Virus record (IMG/VR): IMGVR_UViG_3300047550_003584
Span: 1 to 64,000 of that record
Length of the DNA: 64,000 bases
Reading direction: 5' to 3' (one strand)
From: a virus
A program made the translations under genes and the position numbers. Positions 30,173 to 39,432 of the stretch are shown piece after piece; position 1 is the first letter of the stretch; each line of letters opens with the position of its first letter. The notes under the pieces are model-generated. The model made no database searches and had not been told where the DNA came from. It was given only the letters and a program-made list of their open reading frames with translations.

Positions 30173-30505
30173 ATGACACAAGAACATCCCATCACCCCAC
30201 CGCCAGAGCTGGTGCAGCAGTGGCGAGAGCAGGCTCCGCGTTGCCGTGACAGTGGCATTGCTCGTGAAGACTGGCTGATAACGCGTGCCGCCCAATGGGG
30301 CGCCGACCAGGAGCTGGAGGCGTGCTGTGAGTGGCTGGAGGACTGGGTGGGCAATGACAGTTATGCAATCCCGATGCGGGCCGCCAGACGCCCCAAGCCG
30401 CCGAGCTTGAAGGAGCAAGCGTTGGCTGCTGCTGCTGAACTTGAAGGCTTTAAGGGCGTTGACATCATCCGCCGCGCCCTTGAACAACTACCCGACAACG
30501 AGTAG
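30173..30505 (+). CDS. TQEHPITPPPELV/AAQWGAD family paralog
   Basis: Conserved blocks as in 27807..28154. Confidence 0.7.
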   Translation: MTQEHPITPPPELVQQWREQAPRCRDSGIAREDWLITRAAQWGADQELEACCEWLEDWVGNDSYAIPMRAARRPKPPSLKEQALAAAAELEGFKGVDIIRRALEQLPDNE

Positions 30506-30519
30506 TCACCTTCTTTAAT

Positions 30520-30547
30520 GGACCTGAGTATGTCCCTAAACTACTCA
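30520..30547 (+). promoter_or_regulatory. H-type pseudoknot element (compensated variant)
   Basis: GGAC-C-TGAGTA-T-GTCC-CTAAAC-TACTCA. Confidence 0.75.
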
Positions 30548-30582
30548 TTAGTTTTTCTTATCATTCACTTCAACTCAACACC

Positions 30583-31347
30583 ATGAAACTCCTCAAGTTT
30601 TCCACCGGCAATGGCAAGCTCAAGAATCGTTTGATCTTCAATTTGCCTGCTGGGTACGCATGCCCTCACGCTGGTGTGTGCAAGACCTTTGCTGATCGCA
30701 CCACAGGGCAGATCACTGACTTGCCTCAGTACACAGGCGTGACGGCAACACAGGACTTCCGTTGCTTTGCTGCCATGGCAGAGACACGTCCTGCCGTACG
30801 GGAAGCACGTTGGTACAACTGGGATCTGTTGCGTGAAACTATTCACATGAATGGGAACCAGGCTGTGCTATTGCGTGACCTGATCGACCTATCGCTCTTG
30901 ATGCAACCAGTTAAAGAGTTGATTCGCATCCATGAGTCTGGTGACTTCTGGACTGAGAATTACATGCGAGCTTGGATCATGGTGGCCCAAGGTCGGCCGC
31001 AACAAAAGTTTTACGCATACACCAAGTCTCTTGGCATGTGGTACAACTTGCGTGATATGATCCCATTCAATTTCTATCTCACTGCATCGCACGGTGGCAC
31101 ACTCGACTACTTGATCGATAAGTATCCTGAGGTGTACCAGCGGGTTGCTTATGTTGTGTACACAGAAGAGGAAGCAGCAGAGCGTGGATTGCCCATTGAT
31201 CACAGCGACAGTCATTGTTTAGGTGACAAACCGTTTGCGCTTTTGGTCCATGGATCCCAACGTGCTGGTTCTGATGCCATGGCTGCTATCACACAACGCA
31301 AGAAAGAAGGCAAGTTTGTAGGGTATAGCAAGAAGAATCGGGAATAA
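30583..31347 (+). CDS. GP88-family protein
   Basis: GNGKL..FNLPAG.ACP.AG.C..CFA..IRIHESGDF..FYAYTK. Confidence 0.75.
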   Translation: MKLLKFSTGNGKLKNRLIFNLPAGYACPHAGVCKTFADRTTGQITDLPQYTGVTATQDFRCFAAMAETRPAVREARWYNWDLLRETIHMNGNQAVLLRDLIDLSLLMQPVKELIRIHESGDFWTENYMRAWIMVAQGRPQQKFYAYTKSLGMWYNLRDMIPFNFYLTASHGGTLDYLIDKYPEVYQRVAYVVYTEEEAAERGLPIDHSDSHCLGDKPFALLVHGSQRAGSDAMAAITQRKKEGKFVGYSKKNRE

Positions 31348-31620
31348 TTCCGTAAGCACTTGCGGATCAGGTGAAATCAGATATCATCTATCTGTCTTTC
31401 ATCTGATCCATGTCTTACGTAATTGCTTGTTGGCAATGGGGCAAAGCCCATGCCATCACTGCTAATAGTGAAACCAATAAGTTTGAGTTGATTCCACTAG
31501 ACTCTGATGTAGCTTTAAACAAGATCTTGTCGCTTCCGTATCGTGCGGGTGCACAGCAAATCTTGAAGTGGATCAACAGTAACGATGAAGACCTTGCCTG
31601 TAAAGAACTCTCAATTCAAG

Positions 31621-33444
31621 ATGAAGCCCGCTTCCGTAAGTGATAAGTTCTACGTCTTTGACTTGGAATCTGATGGTCTTTATGACAAGGTTACTAAGAT
31701 CCACTGCATTGTCATCCATGACATCACCGGCCAACAAACTTTTAGCTATGGGCCTGATCGCATTGCTGATGCTATTGCTCATCTGGCAACCGCTGATGTT
31801 TTGATAGGTCATAACCTGCTTTTTTTCGACATTCCTGTTCTGCAAAAGTTGCATTCATTTGACTGCAAAACACGCATCATTGACACACTCATCTGTACAC
31901 GATTGATCTGGCCCAAGGAAAAACTCTATGACCTTGACATTGAACAATATCCGCAGGTTCCACCGAACCAGCGAGGTGCCGCATCACTTAAGGCCTGGGG
32001 ATGGAGGTTGGCCGATCATAAGATCAGCTTCAAAGACTTCTCCACATATTCTCAGGAGATGTTGGACTACTGTATCCAAGACGTTGCAGTTACTACAAAA
32101 CTCTGGGAGCATATCACCAAACAGAACTATCCAGAGCCAGCGCTCAAGCTTGAACACGACTTTGCTTTGGCGATTAACAAACAAATTAGAGCAGGCGTTC
32201 CTTTTGATGTGGATGCAGCTCTTGATCTTGTGGATGATCTCCGAGCAAAAGAAGCACAACTTGAGCCACAGCTAAAGGAAATCTTTCCTCCAATCAAACA
32301 CAGCACATGGTTTACCCCTAAGGTAAACAACACCAAACGTGGTTATGTCAAAGGAGTTCCATTTGAAAAAATACGATACGAAGAATTCAATCCTGGATCT
32401 CGTGACCAAATTGCTGATCGCCTTAAGAGTAAGTACGGATGGCAACCAGAAAAATTTACTGCGAAAGGAAATCCAGTCGTTGATGATGAAGTGTTAGAGC
32501 AGTTGCCTTATCCGGAGGCAAAAGCTTTGGCAGAATACATGCTTGTCAAGAAACGTCTTGGACAAATTGTTAATGGCAACAATGCTTGGCTCAAGTTGGT
32601 TAATAATGACAGCGGTCGCATGCACGGTGACGTTGTTACTAATGGTTGTATCACTGGTCGTTGTTCTCACCGATACCCAAATATGGGTCAAGTTCCAGCG
32701 GGGTATTCGCCATACGGTAAAGAATGCCGTGCATTATTTCATGCACCGCAAGGGTGGGACATGATTGGCATTGACGCCAAAGCATTGGAGCTACGTTGTT
32801 TGGCTGGTTACCTTGCTTATTGGGACCAGGGGGAATATGCGCGTATCGTAACAAATCCTGAGATTGACATCCATGTGTATAACCAGGAACGTTTTGGTGT
32901 AGAGACTCGTGATATAAGTAAGAGGTTGCTGTACGCTGTATTATATGGCGCCGGCAATCTCAAAGCTGGTACCATTATTAACCCGAAGGAAAAAGATGAC
33001 GAAGTTCTCCGTCAACTAGGAAGAACTGCAATCAATTCATTCATGAAAGGTGTACCAGCTCTTAAATCACTCAAGGAAAAGATTGATGAAAACATTGGAT
33101 CCAGGGGTTATCTCATTGGGCTTGATCGTCGTATTTTATATTGTCGCTCAGCTTTCAAAGGACTGAATGTTCTATTGCAATCAGCAGGTGCAATCCTGAT
33201 GAAGCAAGTTGTTATTAACATTCACAACAACATTGAACAAAACCTTGGCTTGACCCACGGCAAGGATTGGGAGCAAGTCCTTATGGTTCATGACGAAGTG
33301 CAACTGGTTTGTAACCCACAGCACACGGAGCGCATCCGTGACCAGGCCATGGCAGCTTTCCCGCAAGCTCAGAAATTCTTTGGGTTCCAATGCGAAATTG
33401 AAGGCGACTCTCGTGTAGGATCCTCGTGGGCTGAAACGCACTAG
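31621..33444 (+). CDS. polA: Family A DNA polymerase (T7-like) with 3'-5' exonuclease
   Basis: ExoI FDLESDG, ExoII GHN..FD, ExoIII YCIQD, motif A DAKALELR, motif B KRLLYAVLYG, motif C VHDE. Confidence 0.95.
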   Translation: MKPASVSDKFYVFDLESDGLYDKVTKIHCIVIHDITGQQTFSYGPDRIADAIAHLATADVLIGHNLLFFDIPVLQKLHSFDCKTRIIDTLICTRLIWPKEKLYDLDIEQYPQVPPNQRGAASLKAWGWRLADHKISFKDFSTYSQEMLDYCIQDVAVTTKLWEHITKQNYPEPALKLEHDFALAINKQIRAGVPFDVDAALDLVDDLRAKEAQLEPQLKEIFPPIKHSTWFTPKVNNTKRGYVKGVPFEKIRYEEFNPGSRDQIADRLKSKYGWQPEKFTAKGNPVVDDEVLEQLPYPEAKALAEYMLVKKRLGQIVNGNNAWLKLVNNDSGRMHGDVVTNGCITGRCSHRYPNMGQVPAGYSPYGKECRALFHAPQGWDMIGIDAKALELRCLAGYLAYWDQGEYARIVTNPEIDIHVYNQERFGVETRDISKRLLYAVLYGAGNLKAGTIINPKEKDDEVLRQLGRTAINSFMKGVPALKSLKEKIDENIGSRGYLIGLDRRILYCRSAFKGLNVLLQSAGAILMKQVVINIHNNIEQNLGLTHGKDWEQVLMVHDEVQLVCNPQHTERIRDQAMAAFPQAQKFFGFQCEIEGDSRVGSSWAETH

Positions 33445-33628
33445 TTATGAAACTCAACAAAGAGAACTCTGGTGTAGTTGCAAAAGCAATTGCATCTGCC
33501 ATTATTGGCATTGTAATTTGGTGCGGTCTTAAATACGCATTTAATTTCACTTGGTTTCAAAGCTTTATGCTTGCTTGGTTGTATTGCATTCTTAGAGATT
33601 CAGTTATTCATTCCAAAGAATAAAGTTA

Positions 33629-33655
33629 CGTCCTAAGCATGACGTTAAACTGCTT
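33629..33655 (+). promoter_or_regulatory. H-type pseudoknot element upstream of ssb
   Basis: CGTC-CT-AAGCA-T-GACG-TTAAAC-TGCTT. Confidence 0.75.
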
Positions 33656-33676
33656 TAACACAACCCTTTTGATCCG

Positions 33677-34492
33677 ATGAATTACGTTGATGTTTGCGCA
33701 ATCCTGAACGAGAATCCTCGTCAGGTGTACACCAGTTCAACCACATTCAACTACTGCGCTGAAGTAACACTTCCGCCAGTTGGCAACAAAGCACCCACTA
33801 TCCTTGTACTCAATGTTTACGGGAAAACCGGAGATGCTTTCCGATCCCTCAACAAAGGAGATCGGGTGTACATTCACGGCTCCAAGCTACGGTTTGATCT
33901 CGAATCAAAAACGTACTCGCTCAATGGAGGAGTTGTTGCTCAAGTTACTGAAGCATTCCCTGTCTTCAACGACGTCATCTTGACGGGACGTTGCATCAAA
34001 GACATTGATCAAACAGATGCACGTGCTTTCAAGACAACCGCAGATGGTTTGATGATTGCCAATCAAACACTCTCGGTAAACACTGGGCGCAACCAAGCTG
34101 ATCTCTTTAACTTCTACGCAATTAACACGGCACAAGATAAGTTCAACCAAGCTGAACTTCTTGTGAACATGACGCGCAAAGGCACTGGTCTTACGATTCG
34201 TGCCAGGATTGTGACCGATGCCTGGACCGATAAAGAGTCCAATCAACGGCGCAGCGTCACCAAGTTGCAGCTTGTGCAGATGACACTGGCTCCCAAAACA
34301 AATGAGTCTCAGCCGAAACAAGTGACATCCCAAACAACTGTGGCATCCACAGAGAATGTTGCTAGCCTATGGGGCGGCAAGACCGTTGAGGAGTCCAGCG
34401 ATCCCTGGAATGCAGGCCCCAACACTGGGCTGCCTGATCTCCCCGGTCAATACGGCAACGCACCTGAATTCAACGACGAAGTTCCATTCTGA
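33677..34492 (+). CDS. ssb: Single-stranded DNA-binding protein (tandem OB folds)
   Basis: Two SSB-like units (MN.V...KGDRVYI.G; NDVILTGR...KGTGLTI.ARI.TDAWTDK) and acidic tail NDEVPF. Confidence 0.8.
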   Translation: MNYVDVCAILNENPRQVYTSSTTFNYCAEVTLPPVGNKAPTILVLNVYGKTGDAFRSLNKGDRVYIHGSKLRFDLESKTYSLNGGVVAQVTEAFPVFNDVILTGRCIKDIDQTDARAFKTTADGLMIANQTLSVNTGRNQADLFNFYAINTAQDKFNQAELLVNMTRKGTGLTIRARIVTDAWTDKESNQRRSVTKLQLVQMTLAPKTNESQPKQVTSQTTVASTENVASLWGGKTVEESSDPWNAGPNTGLPDLPGQYGNAPEFNDEVPF

Positions 34493-34751
34493 TGTCAACT
34501 CAACCTGAAGATCAGTTCACTCTCCTTTATGAGGATGGTAAACGAAAAGTTCTGCATGAGTTCCAGTGCATTGGCACTGATGAAATTGTTGATGAGTTCA
34601 TTAATTTCATGCGTGGTGTTGGGCATCTTGAGCTAAACATCATCGAGCGAATGTACGAAATCTCAAAGCAGTATCTTGCTTTGTACCAAGGGGAGCCAGC
34701 TATTCAGTTACCTCTCCAACAAGATGATCTTGAGAAAGTAGCTTAACTTCC

Positions 34752-34778
34752 CGTCCTCTGGTACGACGTTAAACTGCC
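34752..34778 (+). promoter_or_regulatory. H-type pseudoknot element
   Basis: CGTC-CTCT-GGTA-C-GACG-TTAAAC-TGCC. Confidence 0.65.
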
Positions 34779-34800
34779 TGTCCTTGACTACGAACTAACC

Positions 34801-35820
34801 ATGACTGCTTCAATGACTACTAAGAAAACCTCTGCACTTGCAACACGTGGGCTGGATTCCTTCAAACTTTTCCAAGATAAAAAGTTTGTATCCGGATACC
34901 AGAATCTTGTCACCATCCAACCTCTCAACAAGTCCAAGATCCGAGGTTGGTTCGTGCGGAAGTCAGACCTTGATGCTTGTGGATGGAACGCCACTGAAGA
35001 TCAATTTGCTAAGGGTTCAGTTATCTGGGACTACAAGCAAACTTTTGGTATGGCTCCCAACACTTCAATTGAAGAAGGACTCAATTTCATTGAGCCTCGT
35101 TTGCAAATCCTTTTGCGTTCTCCCCTCATGGTTGAGGAAACCACAGGGATGAGACAGACGATTGGAACCTTTGAGGATCCAGATGTCAAAGAAATGTTTG
35201 ATAACGACAAGGTTGCCGCTGATCTTGCCAACAGCAAAGGCGAGATGTATAAGCGTAAGTACAGTGTACGTACAAAGTACCTGGTCTACGTCTTGACCCA
35301 GGACAACAAACGTGCTCACAAGATTCCCATGGTGCTTACGCTCAAGGGTCTTAACGGCACCGACGTCAGCGACAAGGTCAAACTGTATGAAAAGGAAATG
35401 TCTAAGTGCTTGAGCAAAGCACTGGACTCTGAGGTACCTTTGGCATTCAACGAAAAGTTTTATGCCACCACAGTGTTTGCTCCCGTACTTGCCAACGAGA
35501 TGCGTGGTGCAAACAATGTAGAGATTTGTGCTATCGAATCGTTTGAGATTCCTGATTACAGCTCTCAAGATGAAGCGATTACTTCGCTGAATCGCCTCAG
35601 CATTCCCGATGAAGATCGTGAATCAACCTGGAAGTTCCAGGAGATGTTCAGTGATTACATCAATCAACATGCACGACAAGATGCACAAAAGCTCGGTGGT
35701 GCATACGGAATCAAAGAAGGAGTTGAGATCCTGCCTGTCTCTCGGACTACGGATACAGTTGATGTCAAGGCATTACCTGCTCGTGATCCCCTGACTGGTG
35801 AGGATGCAGATCTGAGCTGA
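34801..35820 (+). CDS. Conserved cyanobacterial/phage protein (DUF5895-like), possibly in recombination
   Basis: 339 aa with PRLQILLRSPL and YLVYVL..DNK..H.IP..LT.KG; family assignment from memory. Confidence 0.5.
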   Translation: MTASMTTKKTSALATRGLDSFKLFQDKKFVSGYQNLVTIQPLNKSKIRGWFVRKSDLDACGWNATEDQFAKGSVIWDYKQTFGMAPNTSIEEGLNFIEPRLQILLRSPLMVEETTGMRQTIGTFEDPDVKEMFDNDKVAADLANSKGEMYKRKYSVRTKYLVYVLTQDNKRAHKIPMVLTLKGLNGTDVSDKVKLYEKEMSKCLSKALDSEVPLAFNEKFYATTVFAPVLANEMRGANNVEICAIESFEIPDYSSQDEAITSLNRLSIPDEDRESTWKFQEMFSDYINQHARQDAQKLGGAYGIKEGVEILPVSRTTDTVDVKALPARDPLTGEDADLS

Positions 35821-36275
35821 TGACTAAAGCAAACACGTCTGTTGATTTGCTTGGAATGATTGACCCCTCCGGGGGTCTTTATTCCTGTTGGCCTTACATT
35901 GGTCGACGATGGCATCGAGATGGCTATGGTTATCCAAAGCGTAACCAAAAAGCAATTCTTGCTCATCGTTGGAGCTACGAGCATCATTACGATGTTGAGT
36001 TAACTCCTAAGATTGTTATCCGACACAAATGTGATAACCCTGCATGTTGTAATCCTTTACATCTAATGCCTGGTTCTCAAGCCGACAACATCAATGACAT
36101 GCATCAAAGAAAGCGCTGGAAGCCTGGGAGGCATCCTTTAACTTTAAATGAAAAGACTATTTGTCAAATCATTGAGTTAAGAAAACAGGGTTTATCGCAA
36201 GACAAAATTGCCAAGATTGTTGGTTGCTCTCAGCCAACAGTTGGTAAATACCTTTTGTTTTGCGACAGCCTGTGA
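35820..36275 (+). CDS. HNH endonuclease with C-terminal HTH
   Basis: AHRWSY..IRHKCDNPACCNPLHL..GSQADN; GLSQDKIAKIVGCSQPTV. Confidence 0.85.
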   Translation: MTKANTSVDLLGMIDPSGGLYSCWPYIGRRWHRDGYGYPKRNQKAILAHRWSYEHHYDVELTPKIVIRHKCDNPACCNPLHLMPGSQADNINDMHQRKRWKPGRHPLTLNEKTICQIIELRKQGLSQDKIAKIVGCSQPTVGKYLLFCDSL

Positions 36276-36795
36276 TTAATCGTTGATAGCTGGGAGCTTA
36301 TGAGAGTAATTATCTTTCATAAGCTCCATTGCATCAGCAACTAATCCTTTGATTGCAATCTGACGCTGCGTGGCAATCTTGGTTAACAAGGTTGCCATTT
36401 CCTTTAGCTCACTCATTGAACTGCAATCATTAATGCTACGTATCATCTTCTCTTGCCAGAACATATCCTCTGGCGACATTTCAAATTTCAACATGTTATT
36501 CAATTGGTTCAGTTTATTCTACGCCTTCATTTAAACTTGACTTGATTCCACTGAATGTGTTAAGGATTACCAAATGAAACCTGAAGACAAAGCCGCACTC
36601 AAGGTTGGTGGTGCCACGGCTCTCATCGTTGGTACCATTGCGTTTTGCGCACCAAACCCTGCTGCTTGGGCCGCTGTGATCTGGGGATCGTATAAGATGG
36701 GCAAGCAGGCCAGGGATCGAGAGATTGACCGGCAAGCCAAAAGACGTTGGTCAACTGACCAAGATCACTGCATCTAACACCACACCATTCAACTC

Positions 36796-37740
36796 ATGAC
36801 AACGCAACTTCAGCAACAAGAACTTAACGCTGCTCAGTCTCTGATCTACACACGTACTAACATTGGTCGTGCGTTCCAGGATTTTGATGACACCGAAATT
36901 GCTGGCATTTATCTGCGAGATGACAATTGTCTTGTGGTGCGTCGTGATGGTAGCGAGCAGGCTTACCCACGGGAGCTGATTAAGCTAGCCTTCACGAATT
37001 ACACCAACCGTCTCAAAGATTTCTTTTCTTACCTTGGCCCTAATTATCGTGGCCCTAGTGTATGGCACAACAATGCTTACGTATTGTTTAAGGGCTGGAA
37101 CTACACACACGCACTCGGACACCTGACTTCCAATGCAAAACTACAAGCTCACTGGGCAGACAAATTTATACACATATCAGACGTTGCCAAAATCACAACC
37201 ATCCTTCAGTCTGACCAAACGGACATTGGCCATTTGGTTGCGCCGGACGGGATGCGGCTTGCGAATCGGCCGATTGATATGGACTCTGAACTGGACGATG
37301 GCACCAAACAAGACTCGATGTTTGGCGAACCTACATGCTCATGTGGGTCCTTTCAACGTCAGCTCAGTAACCTATCTTTTTTCCAAGAAGAGATCCAGGG
37401 ATTTAAACCATGGTGCATCCACCTGAGTTGGTTTAACAAGTACCGTGAGCTGCTGTGCAAGCGCACAGATGCGCGTAACGCTAGTCCCAGTGGAACACCT
37501 GAGAAGTGTGTGGCATGGTTCTATGCACCGCCCAAAGACTCGGTCAGTGATGGACGTTTTGTTTTGTTGTATACCAACCAAGGGGCACAAGCTCCGCTGA
37601 CCCATTGGCGCAACTACAAACCTAACGAAGTGTTCACTCAACACCATGCATGGGATCTATTCTTCAATATGATGGATGCGTCCTATGTGCCATTCCCTGG
37701 CATTGCTTTACCTCAACTCAAGTCTGCTATCAAGAAATGA
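36796..37740 (+). CDS. SWIM zinc-finger protein
   Basis: TCSCGSF...PWCIHL (CxC-n-CxH). Confidence 0.6.
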   Translation: MTTQLQQQELNAAQSLIYTRTNIGRAFQDFDDTEIAGIYLRDDNCLVVRRDGSEQAYPRELIKLAFTNYTNRLKDFFSYLGPNYRGPSVWHNNAYVLFKGWNYTHALGHLTSNAKLQAHWADKFIHISDVAKITTILQSDQTDIGHLVAPDGMRLANRPIDMDSELDDGTKQDSMFGEPTCSCGSFQRQLSNLSFFQEEIQGFKPWCIHLSWFNKYRELLCKRTDARNASPSGTPEKCVAWFYAPPKDSVSDGRFVLLYTNQGAQAPLTHWRNYKPNEVFTQHHAWDLFFNMMDASYVPFPGIALPQLKSAIKK

Positions 37741-38552
37741 CTGACGACATTCTTGAATACGCACGTCAATTAGCTATGCGACCACGCAACGACACAATCA
37801 TGGGCGACAAACGTTATGATCTTGAGATTCCAGAGGACACTCATTGGGAGCTTGTAAAGCTAGCTGCAGACCTTAAAATGCACCACGAAGACTACGCACA
37901 AAACGTATTAATTGGTCATGTTGAATCTGAACTGGATCGAAAAGCTCAAGCTTGAATGTATTGATGAAGAAGATGGCACCATGTCCATCAACATTGAGTG
38001 GGATGAAAAAGATCCTGACCTTGACTACTGGACTTCTCTAGGTCCAGAAGGTCAAGAAGAATTTGTTCTCACTGCACTGCGTGAAGCCTGTGCCTCTTAC
38101 ACTGACACCGAATCTTTTGATGATCATGTCGATTGACACCTACGGCCTTAGTTCTGAGCAGTATACCGAGTTCTTCCATAAAAACTTGCGGTTTGCTGCC
38201 AAGCTTTACCTTGATACCTGCAACATCTTGAGCAGTGAAGGAGTCGGTAATATTGACTTCAAAACTGTCTCAGAGATGTACCAGGAAACTGTATACACAA
38301 CAAACGATGATTGTCGTCGTTACCAAAAGAGCAACAACCCTGAGGTATTGAAAGAAGTTACCGCTGATCTTTATGGTATTAGTCCCAGTAGGGAAGAGCT
38401 GATGGATGAGATTCAATCGCTTAGCGCCAAGGTGGAATCCCTTGTTGACTACATTGGTAACTTGGTCACTATCACTACGGCAGGCCTTGAGGGTATTGCC
38501 ACTACCCTTGATGACAAGGTAGACTGAGCACGCACAAACCCTGCAGAGTTGC

Positions 38553-38580
38553 CGTCCTGGTCATGACGTAAAACTGACCA
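38553..38580 (+). promoter_or_regulatory. H-type pseudoknot element
   Basis: CGTC-C-TGGTCA-T-GACG-TAAAAC-TGACCA; a TTGCCA-18-TAGACT promoter candidate lies just upstream (38496-38525). Confidence 0.75.
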
Positions 38581-38718
38581 CCACACCATCTCAGCTCAGT
38601 CATGTTTGAATCCTTGTTTGCCGCCGTACTTCCGGTGTTAAAAGACATCTTGTGGGCAGCAGCCGGAGCGCTGATGACCTATGCACTTAACAAATTCCAA
38701 TCTCAATTCAACTAAGTC

Positions 38719-39432
38719 ATGTCACAAATTACCCAGGCTAAACTCAAGGACTTATCTGTTATCAAACTTTACGAGCATTATGCTGCTCTCGAAAAGTCTT
38801 TGCCTCTTCTCACTCCTGAGTCCCAGGAACTGGCTAAAGCCGAGCTTGAATCTTGCGCCGACTTACGGTCAGAAAAAATTGATCGCATCTATTACGCCAT
38901 GGCGGCGCATGAAGATGCCCTTGAACGCATCAAGAAAGAAGGTGATCTCATTACGCAAGCCAAGCGTCACCACGAATCCCAACTGCGGTCGCTCAAAGGT
39001 TTGCTAAATTATTTGCGTCGTGTCCTACCACTGGACACGAACAAAATCACCGGTCGCAATTACCAGTTCACCCTTGTTAAAAAGAAAGAACTTACAGTCG
39101 AGGTCTCATCGGACCCGGAGTTTTGGCACTCTAAAGAAAGAGAACTTTATTGCGTTACAGAAGAAGTCACCACAACTAAACGAGTTGTGTTACGTTCAAT
39201 GTCAGGAGAAATCCTTAACGAAAGGATTGAACCCAAAACAACCACTAAAGTCCTCCCTAACCTTGATGCCATACGCAGCGCCTATCAAGAAGGTCAACAA
39301 CTCCCAAGCGGAGTCAAAGTCCAACAAGAATACTCCGTCCGTTCCAAACGAATCTTCTCAGAACCACGACTGGACTTGGTATCATCCGAGTATCCAGGAG
39401 AGTTTCTACCAGAAGATTCCAGCGCCGACTGA
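38719..39432 (+). CDS. Siphovirus Gp157-family protein
   Basis: EKIDRI..coiled coil..LKGLL.YL; PNLDAIR.A...G.QLPSGV. Confidence 0.65.
   Translation: MSQITQAKLKDLSVIKLYEHYAALEKSLPLLTPESQELAKAELESCADLRSEKIDRIYYAMAAHEDALERIKKEGDLITQAKRHHESQLRSLKGLLNYLRRVLPLDTNKITGRNYQFTLVKKKELTVEVSSDPEFWHSKERELYCVTEEVTTTKRVVLRSMSGEILNERIEPKTTTKVLPNLDAIRSAYQEGQQLPSGVKVQQEYSVRSKRIFSEPRLDLVSSEYPGEFLPEDSSAD

Noticed and set aside
23649-38580. Integron attC-like cassette array (GTTAAAC fits GTTRRRY)
   Set aside because: No inverse core RYYYAAC, two copies break the GTT (GTAAAAC, CCTAAAC), the pairing is a pseudoknot, and no integron integrase is present.
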